A DNA stretch of 64,000 nt, taken from positions 67,332,001 through 67,396,000 of the forward strand of contig NC_043007.1 of assembly GCF_006345805.1 (NCBI RefSeq), read 5' to 3'. Below are positions 12,640 through 24,971 of this stretch, one piece after another. The notes beneath the pieces are model-generated. The model did no database searches. It was not told where the DNA came from and saw only the letters and a program-made list of their open reading frames with translations. A program made the translations under genes and the position numbers. The DNA is from Octopus sinensis. Lineage: Eukaryota. Position 1 is the stretch's first letter, and each line of letters starts with the position of its first letter.

Positions 12640-12998
12640 CTCGTGTGTTGTTGGTGACAGACAGATACTTAAAAGAACGCTGCCGAAGTGATGGTTAGTT
12701 AGGAAACAGAGTCAGTAAAAAAGAGAGGAAATAGCGAGAGTGACAGATACTTTAAATAACGGTAGTGGACTTATCAAAGTTATAAATGAAGGGGAGTAAG
12801 AGAGGGAAAGGAGGAAATAGCGTGAGTGAGGAAGATGGCCCCTAGCAACCACACCTTTTAAGATAGGGATTTCTAAGGTAGCCCACGAGCATCGTCACCT
12901 CATTCTACATGTCCCTGTAAATTTTGGAGCGAATCGGACGGGATGTAGTGGCATTGAAAGCGATCTAAGCGGTAAAAACGCATTTCAGTTTTATATAT
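12640..12998 (-). mobile_element. Probable Helitron-like (HINE/DINE-type) 5' fragment
   Basis: Minus strand tatatatataaaactgaaatgcg...ccgtccgattcgctccaaaattt resembles Helitron 5' ends; no 3' CTAG located. Confidence 0.4.
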
Positions 12999-13488
12999 AT
13001 ATATATACACACACACACATACATACAAATATATGCATATACATATTACATTATCATTTTTTAACATCTACTTTTCCATGCTCACAAGGGTCAGACATAG
13101 TTCCTGTTGCCAACACCACTCGTTTTCAAATAAGAAAATAGAAAATAATCTCTTAGTCTATCGAGCAACTAACAGCCCAGGCATGTTTTTGTGGTAGACT
13201 GCAAGGAAATGATGTCATCAGTAAGCTGTTGTTTACAAACCAACAAATGCAAGGAAAATATGAACTCACTAACGTAAACATATATTCAAATATCATCATC
13301 ATTTTAACATCCACTTTTCCGTGCTCAGTTGTGTTGGATGAAATTTGTAGAGGCAGATTTTGTTCAGTTGAATGGCCTTTTTTGGCAACCCTCACCTGTC
13401 CTCAATAAAGATAAAAGCACTTGTTAGTCACATGCTTTCACAGACTGGAAACAAAGGCACCTATATATATATATATATATATATATAT

Positions 13489-15901
13489 CATCATCATCAT
13501 CATCATCATCATTTAACGTCCGCTTTCCATGCTAGCATGGGTTGGACGGTTCAACTGGGGTCTGGGGAGCCCGAAAGCTGCACCAGTCCAGTCAGATCTG
13601 GCAGTGTTTCTACAGCTGGATGCCCTTCCTTACGCCAACCACTCCGAGAGTGTAGTGGGTGATTTTATGTGCCACCGACACAGGTGCCAGACGAGGCTGG
13701 CAAACGGCCACGCTCGGATGGTGTTTTTATGTGCCACCGACACAGGTGCCAGACGAGGCTGGCAGACGGCCACGCTCGGATGGTGTTTTTATGTGCCACC
13801 GACACAGGTGCCAGACGAGGCTGGCAGACGGCCACGCTCGGATGGTGTTTTTATGTGCCACCGACACAGGTGCCAGACGAGGCTGGCAGACGGCCACGCT
13901 CGGATGGTGTTTTTATGTGCCACCGACACAGGTGCCAGACGAGGCTGGCAAACGGCCACTATCGGATGGTGCTTGTTACGTGCCCACAGCACGGAGGCCA
14001 GTCGATGCGGTACTGGCTACGGCCACGTTCGGATGGTTTTCTTATGTGCCACGTGCCACCGGCACTGGTACCACAAAGATACAAATTCCATTGATGTTCA
14101 TCTATTTTGATTTGTTTTGATTTGATTTGATTTTCACTTGCCTCAACAGGTCTTCACAAGTGTCACAAGAAGGAAGGTATGCACAGGTGGACTGACTACG
14201 TCCCAGGTAGGGGCCATGGGTTATGGCCTGACTAGTCTTGCCGGGTCTTCGGATGGTGTTTTTATGTGCCACCGACACAGGTGCTAGATGAGGCTGGCGA
14301 ACGGCCACGATCGGATGGTCTTTGTCATGTGCCCACCGCACTGACTACGGCACTGATGGATTTCTTGTGTGCCACAGGCGCTGGTACCACAAGATACAAA
14401 TTCCATTGATGTTCATCTATTTTGTCTATTTTGATTTGATTTGATTTTCACTTGCCTCAACCGGTCTTCACAATGTCACAAGAAGGAAGATATGCACAGG
14501 TGGACTGACTAGTCTTGCCGGGTCTTCGGAAGGTGTTTTTATGTGCCACCGACACAGGTGCCAGATGAGGCTGGCGAACGGCCATGATCGGATGGTGTTT
14601 GTTACGTGCCCACAGCACGGAGGCGGTCGATGCGGAACTGGCTACGGCCACGTTCGGATGGTTCTCTTGTGTGCCACCAGCACTGGTACCACAAAGTGTG
14701 TGCCACCGGCACTGGTACCACAAAGATACAGATTCCATTGATGTTCATCTATTTTGATTTGTTTTGATTTGATTTTCACTTGCCTCAACAGGTCTTCACA
14801 AGTGTCACAAGAAGGAAGGTATGCACAGGTGGACTGACTACGTCCCAGGTAGGGGCCATGGGTTATGGCCTGACTAGTCTTGCCGGGTCTTCGGATGGTG
14901 TTTTTATGTGCCACCGACACAGGTGCTAGATGAGGCTGGCGAACGGCCACGATCGGATGGTGTTTGTCATGTGCCCACAGCACGGAGGCCAGTCGATGCG
15001 GTACTGGCTACGGCCACTTTCGGATGGTTTTCTCTTGTGTGCCACCGGCACTGGTACCACAAAGATACAAATTCCATTGATGTTCATCTATTTTGATTTG
15101 CTTTGATTTGATTTGATTTGATTTTCACTTGCCTCAACAGGCCTTCACAAGTATCACAAGGAGGAAGGTATGCACAGGTGGACTGACTACGTCCCAGGTA
15201 GGGGCCATGGTTTATGGCCTGACTAGTCTTGCCGGGTCTTCGGAAGGTGTTTTTATGTGCCACCGACACAGGTGCTAGATGAGGCTGGCGAACGGCCATG
15301 ACCGGATGGTGTTTGTTATGTGCCCACAGCACGATGGCCAGTGATTCGGTACTGACTACGGCCATGTTCGGATGGATTCTTGTGTGGCACCGGCACTGGT
15401 ACCACAAGCGGTACTGACTACTTTTTATGTGCCACCGACACAGGTGCTAGATGAGGCTGGCGAACGGCCACGACCGGAAGGTGTTTGTTATGTGCCCACA
15501 GCACGATGGCGAGTGATGCGGTACTGACTACGGCCACGTTCGGATGGATTCTTGTGTGCCACCGGCACTGGTACCACAAGCGGTACTGACTACGGCCACG
15601 TTCGGATGGATTCTTGTGTGCCACCGGCACTGGTACCACAAGGATACAAACTCCATTGATGTTCATCTATTTTGATTTGTTTTGATTTGATTTGATTTTC
15701 ACTTGCCTCAGCAGGTCTTCACAAGTGTCACAAGAAGGAAGGTATGTACAGGTGGACTGACTACGTCCCAGGTAGGGCCCACGGGTTATGACCTGACTAG
15801 TCTTGCCGGGTCTTCGGATGGTGTTTTTATGTGCCACCATGTTCCCACAGCACGGAGGCCAGTCGATGCAGTACTGGCTACGGCCACGTTCGGATGGTTT
15901 T

Positions 15902-15904
<3 letters not shown>
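13489..15904 (-). mobile_element. RTE LINE 3'UTR-derived higher-order tandem array with a single (GAT)n tail
   Basis: (CAT)n at 13489; five 62-bp units starting 13667, 13729, 13791, 13853, 13915; then larger units joined at cttgccgggtctt|cgga (about 14249, 14526, 14891, 15240, 15814); (TA)n on both sides. Confidence 0.9.
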
Positions 15905-15934
<30 letters not shown>

Positions 15935-16136
15935 TGTTTTTGGTAGTCTCTCAAGCTCATGAAAGATGATTCCACAATTGCCAACCAACCTGCACAGATG
16001 ATTTATTTGCATCGATCAAATGTTTTTGACACTCAGGAATCAAAACCACGATCTTGAAATCGCAAGTGCCACTAGACCATGCTCCTTCACTTTGTCATAA
16101 TTATACACACACACACACATGTATATATATATATAT

Positions 16137-16450
16137 CATCATCGTTTAACGTCCGTTTTCCATGCTAGCATGGGTTGGACGGTTTGACCGGGGTCTGGGA
16201 AGCCAGGAGGCTCCACCAGGCTCCAATCTGATCTGGCAGTGTTTCTACAGCTTCATGCCCTTCCTAACGCCAACCACTGCGTGAGTGTAGTGGGTGCTAT
16301 TTTACATGCCACCGGCACAAGTGCCAGGGGAGGCTGGCAGTGGCCACAATCAGTTGGTGCTTTTTACATGCCACCAGCACAGAAGCCAGTCAAGGCGGCA
16401 CTGGCATCGGCCACGTTCGGATGGTGCTTTTTACGTGCCACCGGCACAGG
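16137..16450 (-). mobile_element. 5'-truncated RTE LINE 3'UTR
   Basis: catcatcgtttaacgtccgttttccatgctagcatgggttggacgg...gtgccaccggcac subrepeats. Confidence 0.9.
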
Positions 16451-16499
16451 TATCACAACTACAATTTCAATTTTATATATATGTATTCTTTTCTTTTTT

Positions 16500-16750
16500 C
16501 TTTCTTTTACTTGTCTCAGTCATTTGACTGTGGCCATGCTGGAGCACCACCTTTAGTCGAGCAAATCGACCCCAGTGCTTATTCTTTGTAAGCCTAGTAC
16601 TTATTCTATCAGTCTCTTTTGCTGAACTGCTAAGTTATGGGGGACATAAAAACACCAGCATCAGTTGTCAGGCAATGTTGGTGGGAGGTAAAAATACAGA
16701 CACACAAACATATACACACACACGTGCACGCATGCACACACACACACACA
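16500..16750 (-). mobile_element. SINE family 1, 3' half
   Basis: cttttacttgtctcagtcatttgactgtggccatgctggagcacc...agcctagtacttattctatc. Confidence 0.85.
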
Positions 16751-17436
16751 TATATTTATTATAGATACAGGGTAAAGAATTATTAATTTAATAATTAATA
16801 ATTTTACCAAGTAGTTCGGTATGGAAAAAAAAACCCATTATCGGTAAAAACTTATACAAAAAGTTTTTTTTATAATTATAAACATAATTAAGGGATCAGC
16901 AAAAGTTGCTTCACCACATACCAAAATTTAGAAATAGCCGTCAAACTATTAATTCTTCTACTACAATATATCTCCACAGACAGTAATACTCATAACTCAC
17001 ATAAGTAAAAAGAAAAAAAAATTACGAAACTAACCAGCCTTAGTTAATCATGTACCCATTTCGGGATTAGAATAGTGTAAAATTCCTTTCCTTCTTCAGT
17101 ATGATATTCTAGACTATAAATTTGAAAATGCTAACAAATCCATACACACTCAATCAGGCGACATCAAACATAACATAAGAGAAATAGCATTTTCGAATTT
17201 ATATAGAACTAGTAATTCCGTATCCCTCTCCAAGTTACCAAGTGCATCACAAGTAGTACTGCAGAAAAACAATAAGGTGTGTATGTGTGTGTGTACACAC
17301 ATGCGTGCATAACTGTGTGTAGTTTTGTGAGGATTTTGTAGCTTTAATAAAAGCATATTACTCTACCTTAGATATTCAAGTACTGTTTTTTTTACCACTG
17401 TGTATGTTTGTATATAGATATACATACACATGTGTT

Positions 17437-17467
<31 letters not shown>

Positions 17468-17945
17468 AAGAGGGGGGAGAAGGAGATATACTTAATATAC
17501 AAACATAAATTAAGGCATACTAACAAGATGTTCAACTGTAAAAAAAAACTGTCACTATATTGTGTTCTAGATCAACACAATAATTCCCTTTGTTGTAATA
17601 GTAGTAGTAGCAGTAGTAGTAGCAGCAGCAGCAGAAGGATTATTATTGTGTTTTTTTTTTATGTGTTGTTGTTATTGCTTATTTACAGTTCAGTAAAGAA
17701 GATGGACCATCTTGTTGATCTCAGTTAGAGTGGTATGGTTGAGGTGGTTTGTGTTTATGTTTAACTTGAACATCTGGTGAATCAGTGGATGTAAATAAAC
17801 TGTTACTGAGACTGAAACATGATTTCTTAAAAATTTAAAAGAAAAAAAAAATACTAATATTGATTTATATTGAATATAAAATTTGATTTATAAGTTAGAG
17901 GAAGGGTGGTGCCTTAATGATTATTGAATCAAGAATTACTAGGAA

Positions 17946-17976
<31 letters not shown>

Positions 17977-19042
17977 GTTTAACGTCCACTTTTCATGCTG
18001 GCATGGGTTGGATGATTTGACTGAGGACTGGCAAACCAGATGGCTGCAACAGGCTCCAATCTTGATCTGGCTGAGTTTCTACAACTGGATGCCCTTCCTA
18101 ATGCCAACCACTCCAAGAGTGTAGTGGGAGCTTTTATGTGCCACCGGCATGAGGGCCAGTCAGGCGGTACTGGCAACAGCTACACACAAATGGTGGGACT
18201 GGTAATGACCTCGCTCGAATGTTTTTTCAAGTGCCGGTAAGGTAATGATCACACTCGAATGGTGCTTTTTATGTGCCACCTGCACAGGAGCCAGTCCAGT
18301 GGCACTGGCAATGACCTCGCTCGAATGTTTTGTTCACGTGCCAGTAAGGTAACGATCACACTCGAATGGTGCTTTTTATGTGCCACCAGCATGGAAGCCA
18401 GTTAGCCACTCTGGCAATGATCATGCTCAGATGGTGTTCTTAGCGCTCCACTAGCACAGATGCAAGTTATCAAATTTGATTTCAATTTCACTTGCCTCAA
18501 CAGGTCTTTGCAAGAAGAGTTTAGTGTCCAATGAAGGAAAGGTACGCATAAGTGGGCTGGTTACACTCCTGGCATAGGCCACGAGGTTATGGTCTCATTT
18601 TGCTTGCCGGGTCTTCTCAAGCGCAGCATATTTCCAAAAGTCTCGGTCACTAGTCATTGCCTTGGTGAGGCCTAATGTTCGAAGGTCGTGCTTCACCACT
18701 TCATCCCAGGTTTTCCTGGCTCTACCTCTTCCACAGGTTCCCTCAACTGCTAGGGTGTGGAACTTTTTTACCTCATCCATTCTCACCACATGACCATACC
18801 AGTGCAGTCGTCTCTCTTGCACACCACATCTGATACTTCTTAGGTCCAACTTTTCTCTCAAGGTACTTACACTCTGTCATGGCCCATGTTTTACTGCCAT
18901 GTAGCATGGCTGTTTGTACACATGCATCATACAGTCTACCTTTAACTCTGAGCGAGAAGCCCTTTGTCACCAGCAGAGGTATGAGCTCTCTGAACTTTGC
19001 CCAGGCTATTCTTATTCTAGCAGCTACACCTTCAGCACACCC
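17946..19042 (-). mobile_element. 5'-truncated RTE LINE: RT C-terminus, full 3'UTR and (GAT)n tail
   Basis: ORFs 18773-18970 and 18595-18861: KGFSLRVKGRLYDACV..MLHGS.TW, ERRLHWYGHVVRM, GRGRARKTWDEVVKHDL..LGL...LEKTRQAK*; 3'UTR with subrepeats down to (CAT)n at 17946. Confidence 0.95.
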
Positions 19043-19309
19043 TGTTACTTATTTTATTTTCTGAACCAACTGCATTTGTGCAAACACATATTGATAAAAA
19101 AAAAAAAATTCCACCCATCAAATGAATATAGCTTGGTAATATATACCATGGTTTTTCAAATTGTTTTAGGTGTCTATATTGTTACAAGAACACAGAGACA
19201 ATGACCCAGTGACTTATCCAGTATATGAAAACTTCAGGGAGAGAGAACTGCACTAGCATTCAGCTGTTATTCGTTTTCAGCTGAATTAACTAGAGCAACA
19301 TGATAAATG

Positions 19310-19700
19310 ATAAAGGCAAGAGTGTGTGACATATTGTGAATATGTGCATGAAGCTGGCCGAAAAAATGTCATAATGTCATAAGAATGATTCACTGAGAGA
19401 TATGTGGTTATTATGGATTGGATACAGCAAAGACATAGTATGAGAAAACCCCCAGTAGGAGTACTCAAGAATGACATGGTAAAGATACTTGGGATGTAAT
19501 GAACCAATGTGATCATGAGATTGAACGTTAAAAGCTGGACACATGGGTTGTGAATAAAAGGGAAATAACTGTTTAATCATAGATATTGCATTCCCTGTTG
19601 ACCACAGAGTGTTGAACAAATGAAGAGAAGCAAATCATATATAATGCCTTGAAGGAAAATAAGGAAAATAAAAGGATTGTGGTCATTGAGTGTTGTTGGT
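19310..19700 (+). pseudogene. Fragment of a restriction-like-endonuclease LINE (R4/Dong-like)
   Basis: Frameshifted translation includes RMIHW-like, KILWD-like and CLIIDIAFP.D.RV motifs typical of PD-(D/E)xK endonuclease LINEs. Confidence 0.55.
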
Positions 19701-20318
19701 GGCGAAAGAGGGAGAGGAGCCAACATCCTATTTATTTAGCCAGATGTGGTGGTGCTCATACACGGGCCAACATTATCAACTTTAAGATTAACCAGGGACT
19801 TAATCTAGAATCTATATTAACAAGTGTTGCTATGTCCCTAAATATGTTGAAATGGCTGCAATGTCAGGAAATTTATTTGTCACTTTCATGTGCACTAATG
19901 TGGCTACATCAACTTCGAAATTCATCAGGAGCTCAATACAGGCGCTATATTAACAATTGTCACCAAGTCTATTAAAGTTAAGTACCAAGCTCACAAACTG
20001 ACTTAAATAGATAGAAGTAAATGTGAAGATAAATCATCTACAGAAAACAGAGTTGCTTGTAACTGCACGAATCCTCTGCAAAGTTCTCCAAATCCAAATG
20101 AAAAGTGTGTAGCGGTAGACAACTGATACCTTGTTACATTCCCCAGCAAAGTTGCTGCATTAAACAGGACAAATAATAATAATAGTAGCCATTGCTATTA
20201 TGGTCAAGGATTGGTATTGTAATGATGTCTATCAAATTAATTATATCATCCATATAGAGTAATTACAATGCATTTTTTGTATTAGTTAATTGTTTAATTT
20301 TCTGTTTTACGTTGTTAA

Positions 20319-20538
20319 CCCTTTCATTACCAACCCGACTGAAACCGGCTCTGGCTCTGAGTACAAATGTCTTGTTTTCATATGTTTTGAATTAAAATTT
20401 TCCACCAAACCTTAGTCACAATTTATGTTCCTAACACTAGCTTAATGATAACCAAGTAATTTTACTAAATTCTTTGTTATATTTAAAGTAATTGAAAGAT
20501 ACACAGGGCATCTCAAAATAAATACAGTAACGAAAGGG
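20319..20538. mobile_element. piggyBac-type MITE A (220 bp)
   Basis: TTAA|ccctttcattac ... gtaacgaaaggg|TTAA. Confidence 0.9.
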
Positions 20539-20585
20539 TTAATGGTTGTGCAAAATTTTAATTTACAGATGTCTAGATGTACATT

Positions 20586-20900
20586 AGTGGCTTAGTGGTT
20601 AGAGTATTCAGCTCCTGATCATAAGGTTGTAAGTTCAGTTCCTGGCAACACATTGCGTCCTTGAGCAAGACACTTTATTTCATGTTGCTCCAGTCCACTC
20701 AGCTGGCAAAAATGAATAGTAACTGTATTTCAAAGGGCCAACCTTGTCACACACTGTGTCATGCTGAATCTCCCTGAGAACTATGTTAAGGGTACATGTG
20801 TCTGTGGTGTGCTCAGCCACTTGCATGTTAATTTCCTGAGGAGGCTGTTCTGTTAATTAGATCAACTAGAACCCTTGTTGTCATAACCAACAGAGTGCCA
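20586..20900 (+). mobile_element. tRNA-derived SINE with CORE-like domain (family 3)
   Basis: gtggcttagtggttagag (A box), gttcagttcctgg (B box), gtccttgagcaagacacttt...ccactcagctggcaaaaatga; related copy at 50435-50680. Confidence 0.75.
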
Positions 20901-21042
20901 GATGTACACCATTAGTAGTGGTAAATTGCAGGACCAACAGAGAGTTAGGCTAAATGCTTTTGTATTTAGTTATGACCATTTTTGTTCTGAGCTCAAATCA
21001 CTAATTTCTTGATATAGATTACTACTCTTTTTTTAATTATAT

Positions 21043-21319
21043 TGAAGATCAGGTGAGGTACGGGGCGCATGCACTTTTGCAGTGAATTGCTTCATTCACC
21101 ATCTGTGTATTCCCAGGTCCTGCTGGGCGACCCCTTGATCAGAGTCTCGGTCAGTCCCCATCTCCACAAGATACATTCCCATCTGACATGACTGGGGTTG
21201 GGGATGACCTTTATCTTTGATCCTTCTGAGGGTCAATAAAACGAGTCCTGGATTTGACTAAAACTAACTACAAATCACCTGAAAAATGTGAGGTCTCGTG
21301 TCTGTTAAAATTCATAACA
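21043..21319. mobile_element. Possible solo LTR (~277 bp)
   Basis: TG...CA termini, internal aataaa near 21235, flanks tatat/aatat (1 mismatch), GC-richer than surroundings. Confidence 0.3.
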
Positions 21320-22415
21320 AATATTGTTGTTATACCAAGGAAAAGGGCCAGTCCTCATTGCTTTCTGAGAGTAAGATGATAAAAGAGAGATTAATGAGGT
21401 TAATCTTGTCATTCAATTGTGACTGATTATTTGCTAGAGGGAAAGCAGGGAAGGGAGCAAATTTACACAGCTTGTTATATTCATGATTTTTCCCATATGT
21501 ATGACCAATATAAGAGGAATAGTTACAACTGGGAACCAAAAGTAATGTTATACTTTTGTTTTTTTTTTCTTGATAAATTGCCACTTCAACGCTAATTTTC
21601 ATTAAAAACTGAAACAATATGTTAGAAATAAACAAACTTGCACACTACTTAGCGGTCTCTTGTCTCGCAAGTTACTTGGTGGCTTTTTACTTTGCAAGTT
21701 ACTTGGCAACCTTTTCTCTTGCAAGTTATTTGACAATTTTGCCTTGCAAATTACTAGACAATCTCACTAATGCACGTATTACAAAATGAAAAAAAAAAAG
21801 ACAAAAAAACTAAACTCAGTCCACACTATTAAACAGTTGGCATTAGGAAGGGCACCTAGCCAATGCTCATCAAATCCTGTCAAACTGACACTGACCAGCA
21901 TGGAAAACAGACATTAAGTGATGATGATGCCGATTATGATCATGATGACAACACCAAAAATTACATGTTATATTCATGTTGTTTCAGTGATATATGAAAG
22001 TAAATCCACAGATTTTTGGACTGGTTTTGTTGATGGTTTATCCACAGGCTGGTTTGCCACAATGCTACTCTGTATCATTACATTCTGAGACAATCAATTG
22101 GTACCTGTTCAACTGTATGCTCTATTATCTGCAGACACATGGCTATCAATAAACTTAACTACATCATCATTCTTTGAACCAATCAGCTAATACACCCATT
22201 TTGTTAACAACTGTACCATACCCTGGACATATTGGCATCATTCAGATCCACTTATATTATCACATTTCAGAATAATTAGATGTTATATTAACAAGTGTTG
22301 CTAATTTGTTGAAGTTATGGAGTTGATAACAAAGTCGTGGGGTTGGCTGCAGTAACTGAAAGAGTTGTTTTGTGCTGCTGTGTTGTTTCATAGAAAACAT
22401 ACTCTCTCTTTTTTT

Positions 22416-22833
22416 TACTCTTTTTACTCTTTTTACTTGTTTCAGTCATTTGACTGCAGCCATGCTGGAGCACCACCTTTAATCGAGCAAATCGACCCTG
22501 GGACTTATTCTTTGTAAGCCCAGTACTTATTCTATCGGTCTCTTTTGCCGAACCACTAAGTGACGGGGACATAAACACACCAGCATCGGTTGTCAAGCAA
22601 TGCTAGGGGGACAAACACAGACACACAAACATACACGCACACACACATATATATATATATACATATATACGACGGGCTTCTTTCAGTTTCCGTCTACCAA
22701 ATCCACTCACAAGGCTTTGGTCGGCCCAAGGCTATAGTAGAAGACACTTACCCAAGGTGCCATGCAGTGGGACTGAACCTGGAACCATATGGTTGGTAAA
22801 CAAGCTACTTACCACACAGCCACTCCTGCACCT
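22416..22833 (-). mobile_element. Full-length tRNA-derived SINE family 1 (CORE-like segment caccttgggNaagtgtc)
   Basis: Head ggtgcaggagtggctgtgtggtaagtagc...ccaggttcagtcccactgc, central (TA/TG)n, tail (gtaaaaaga)n. Confidence 0.95.
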
Positions 22834-23058
22834 AGTCACAACAAATAGCAGAGACTACCAGGATTGCTCCCCTTCAGGCAGTATTGCTAATCATCTCAAA
22901 GCAGAAAGCAGAGCTGGATAACTGACTAGCTATGATGTACAAAATCAGATACAGCTTTTATCAAGTGACTCAGATACACCCTACAAAGAACACCATGAAC
23001 TCAGGAGGCCAAAAACAAATGTAGTGAATATTGTCACTCTAACTCATCATCACCAATT

Positions 23059-23500
23059 GGATCTTTTCAGTTTGAACGGCAGTTTTTAATATAATTTCTA
23101 GGTAACTAAAAAATTTTAAACTTCGTATACTGGTAGAATGTGTTTATAAAACATCTTTTTCTCTTGGCTTTATTGAGAAAATTCTATAGTTTGTAAGATA
23201 TTTGTTGTTTTTTTCTTCAATTTCTGCAATTTCAACCAATCACTGACGTCCGTTGAGGTAAAAAAACATTCTGTGCCGTATGAATATGTCCCTTGTTTAA
23301 GAAACAGATTGGTTTTATTTTCATTTGTGAAGAAAAAAATATACCCTTCCCCCACCCCTAACCCTAACCCTAAATAGCCCTAACTAACCCTAACCCTAAA
23401 ATAGATTGAAATGCAATAGATCGATACTAAGGTCATAATTATGGGTGACAATTTCATATGACACCGCTAGAAAAAACTGCCGTTCAAATCAAAAAGATCC
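23059..23500. mobile_element. Non-autonomous DNA transposon (442 bp) with ~29-bp TIRs and internal (TAACCC)n
   Basis: ggatcttttcagtttgaacggcagttttt ... aaaaactgccgttcaaatcaaaaagatcc; ccctaaccctaacc at ~23355-23398. Confidence 0.85.
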
Positions 23501-24750
23501 TAAATATCTTGTGTTATAGGAGTCATATATCTGTGACATGAACATAAATCCACAGAATTATAATGATTTCTTTTGCCATGCCCACGTATGTAATCACTTC
23601 CCAGCATAATTATCTGGAGACAACATCCTGTTTATTTAGCCCATAAATGTTCCAATGTTATCAACTTTTAAGATTAACCAGGTACTTAATCCAGATGCTA
23701 TATTAACAAGTATTGCTGTGTCCCTAAATTTGTTGAGATGGCTGCAATGTCAAGGGATTTATTTATCACTTTCATGCACACTAATGTGCCTACAACATAA
23801 TTTTTGAGATTCATCAGGAGCTTAATCCAGATGCTATATTAACAATTGTCACCACATCTATTAAAGTGATTGAGATGGCTACAAGGAATTTATTTGTGAC
23901 TGTCACCATTAAACTTGGAGAATTTGACATTCTTTTATTCTCTATGAAGCTTTTATTGTATTTATAAACAGATTAGTATTTTATGCACTTCAAACGTAAT
24001 TTAGAAATGTTTTATTTCATTTCATTGCGCAGCAGCTGTGACTTTTACACATCTTATCTAAAACTCTACTGACCTGTTATGATATGGCCAATCTCTATTT
24101 CAATTTTCTTTTTTGTCAACAAACATTTACAAATTTGCTTTTTTTTTAAAGCTATATCAATTTCCCTAACAATACAAAGTTTGTTTTTATATATACAAAA
24201 TAATACATCATTTCTATATTCTTCTATGTATAACTACCCCTGGGTTGTATTTTTATCAACCACATCACCACATTCTCTGTATGTAACAGTAAGTTTAGAA
24301 GCTGTTTTTGTCTAAATCAAAGCACATATGGCTTCAATATACTAGGCCTTTGTAGGGTTTAAAGAGACTCGAAATTACAGTATTTTAGTCTGGGGTTATT
24401 CTTTCATTCTTCTAATGTTTTGTTGGTTTCAGTTATTGAACTGCGGCCATGCAGTTGTACCGTTATATTTCATAATCAGTTGATCTCTGTGAGGGCTTCA
24501 CACTATGTTCTGATCTGTCAAGACTTTTTCAACAAGCAGCTCATTTCATAATACCACCAACATTTTCTTTGCTACTACATATACATTTGTCATTCAACAC
24601 AATATAACCAAGTGTGAACAGCAATCTTGGTGCAAAGAACTAATAACAATAATAATGAACTTATTGTATGCAGTGCTTAGGTGCACTACAACTCATCAGA
24701 TAAAATAACCACAAGTACATAGAATAACGCACAGGAAGTTAGATGCTTAA

Positions 24751-24971
24751 CCCTTTCATTACTGTATTTATTTTGAGATGCTCTGTGTTTCTTTCAATTA
24801 TTTTAAATATAACAAAGAATTTGGTAAATTAACTTTGTTATCATTAAGCCAGTGTTAGGAACATAAATTTTAACTAAGATTTGGTGGAAGATTTTAATTC
24901 AAAACTTATGAAAACAAGACATTTATACTAAAGAGTCAGAGCCAGTTTCAGCCGAGTTGGTAACGAAAGGG
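24751..24971. mobile_element. piggyBac-type MITE A, inverted relative to 20319-20538
   Basis: TTAA|ccctttcattactg ... ggtaacgaaaggg|TTAA; interior is the reverse complement of the first copy. Confidence 0.9.

Noticed and set aside
13667-13976. CRISPR-like array
   Set aside because: The units are contiguous with no unique spacers, there are no cas genes, and the context is eukaryotic.
13529-15984. Cluster of long overlapping ORFs (up to 193 aa) with repeated peptides such as MCHRHRCQTRLA
   Set aside because: They are translations of 62-bp repeats (not a multiple of 3) in an RTE 3'UTR, so the same peptide cycles through all frames.
20586-20660. tRNA genes (also the heads at 22760-22833, 35683-35770 and 36265-36340)
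   Set aside because: A and B boxes continue into SINE bodies and no full cloverleaf forms.
23355-23398. Telomere or chromosome fusion site
   Set aside because: Only about six degenerate units, contained inside a TIR element.
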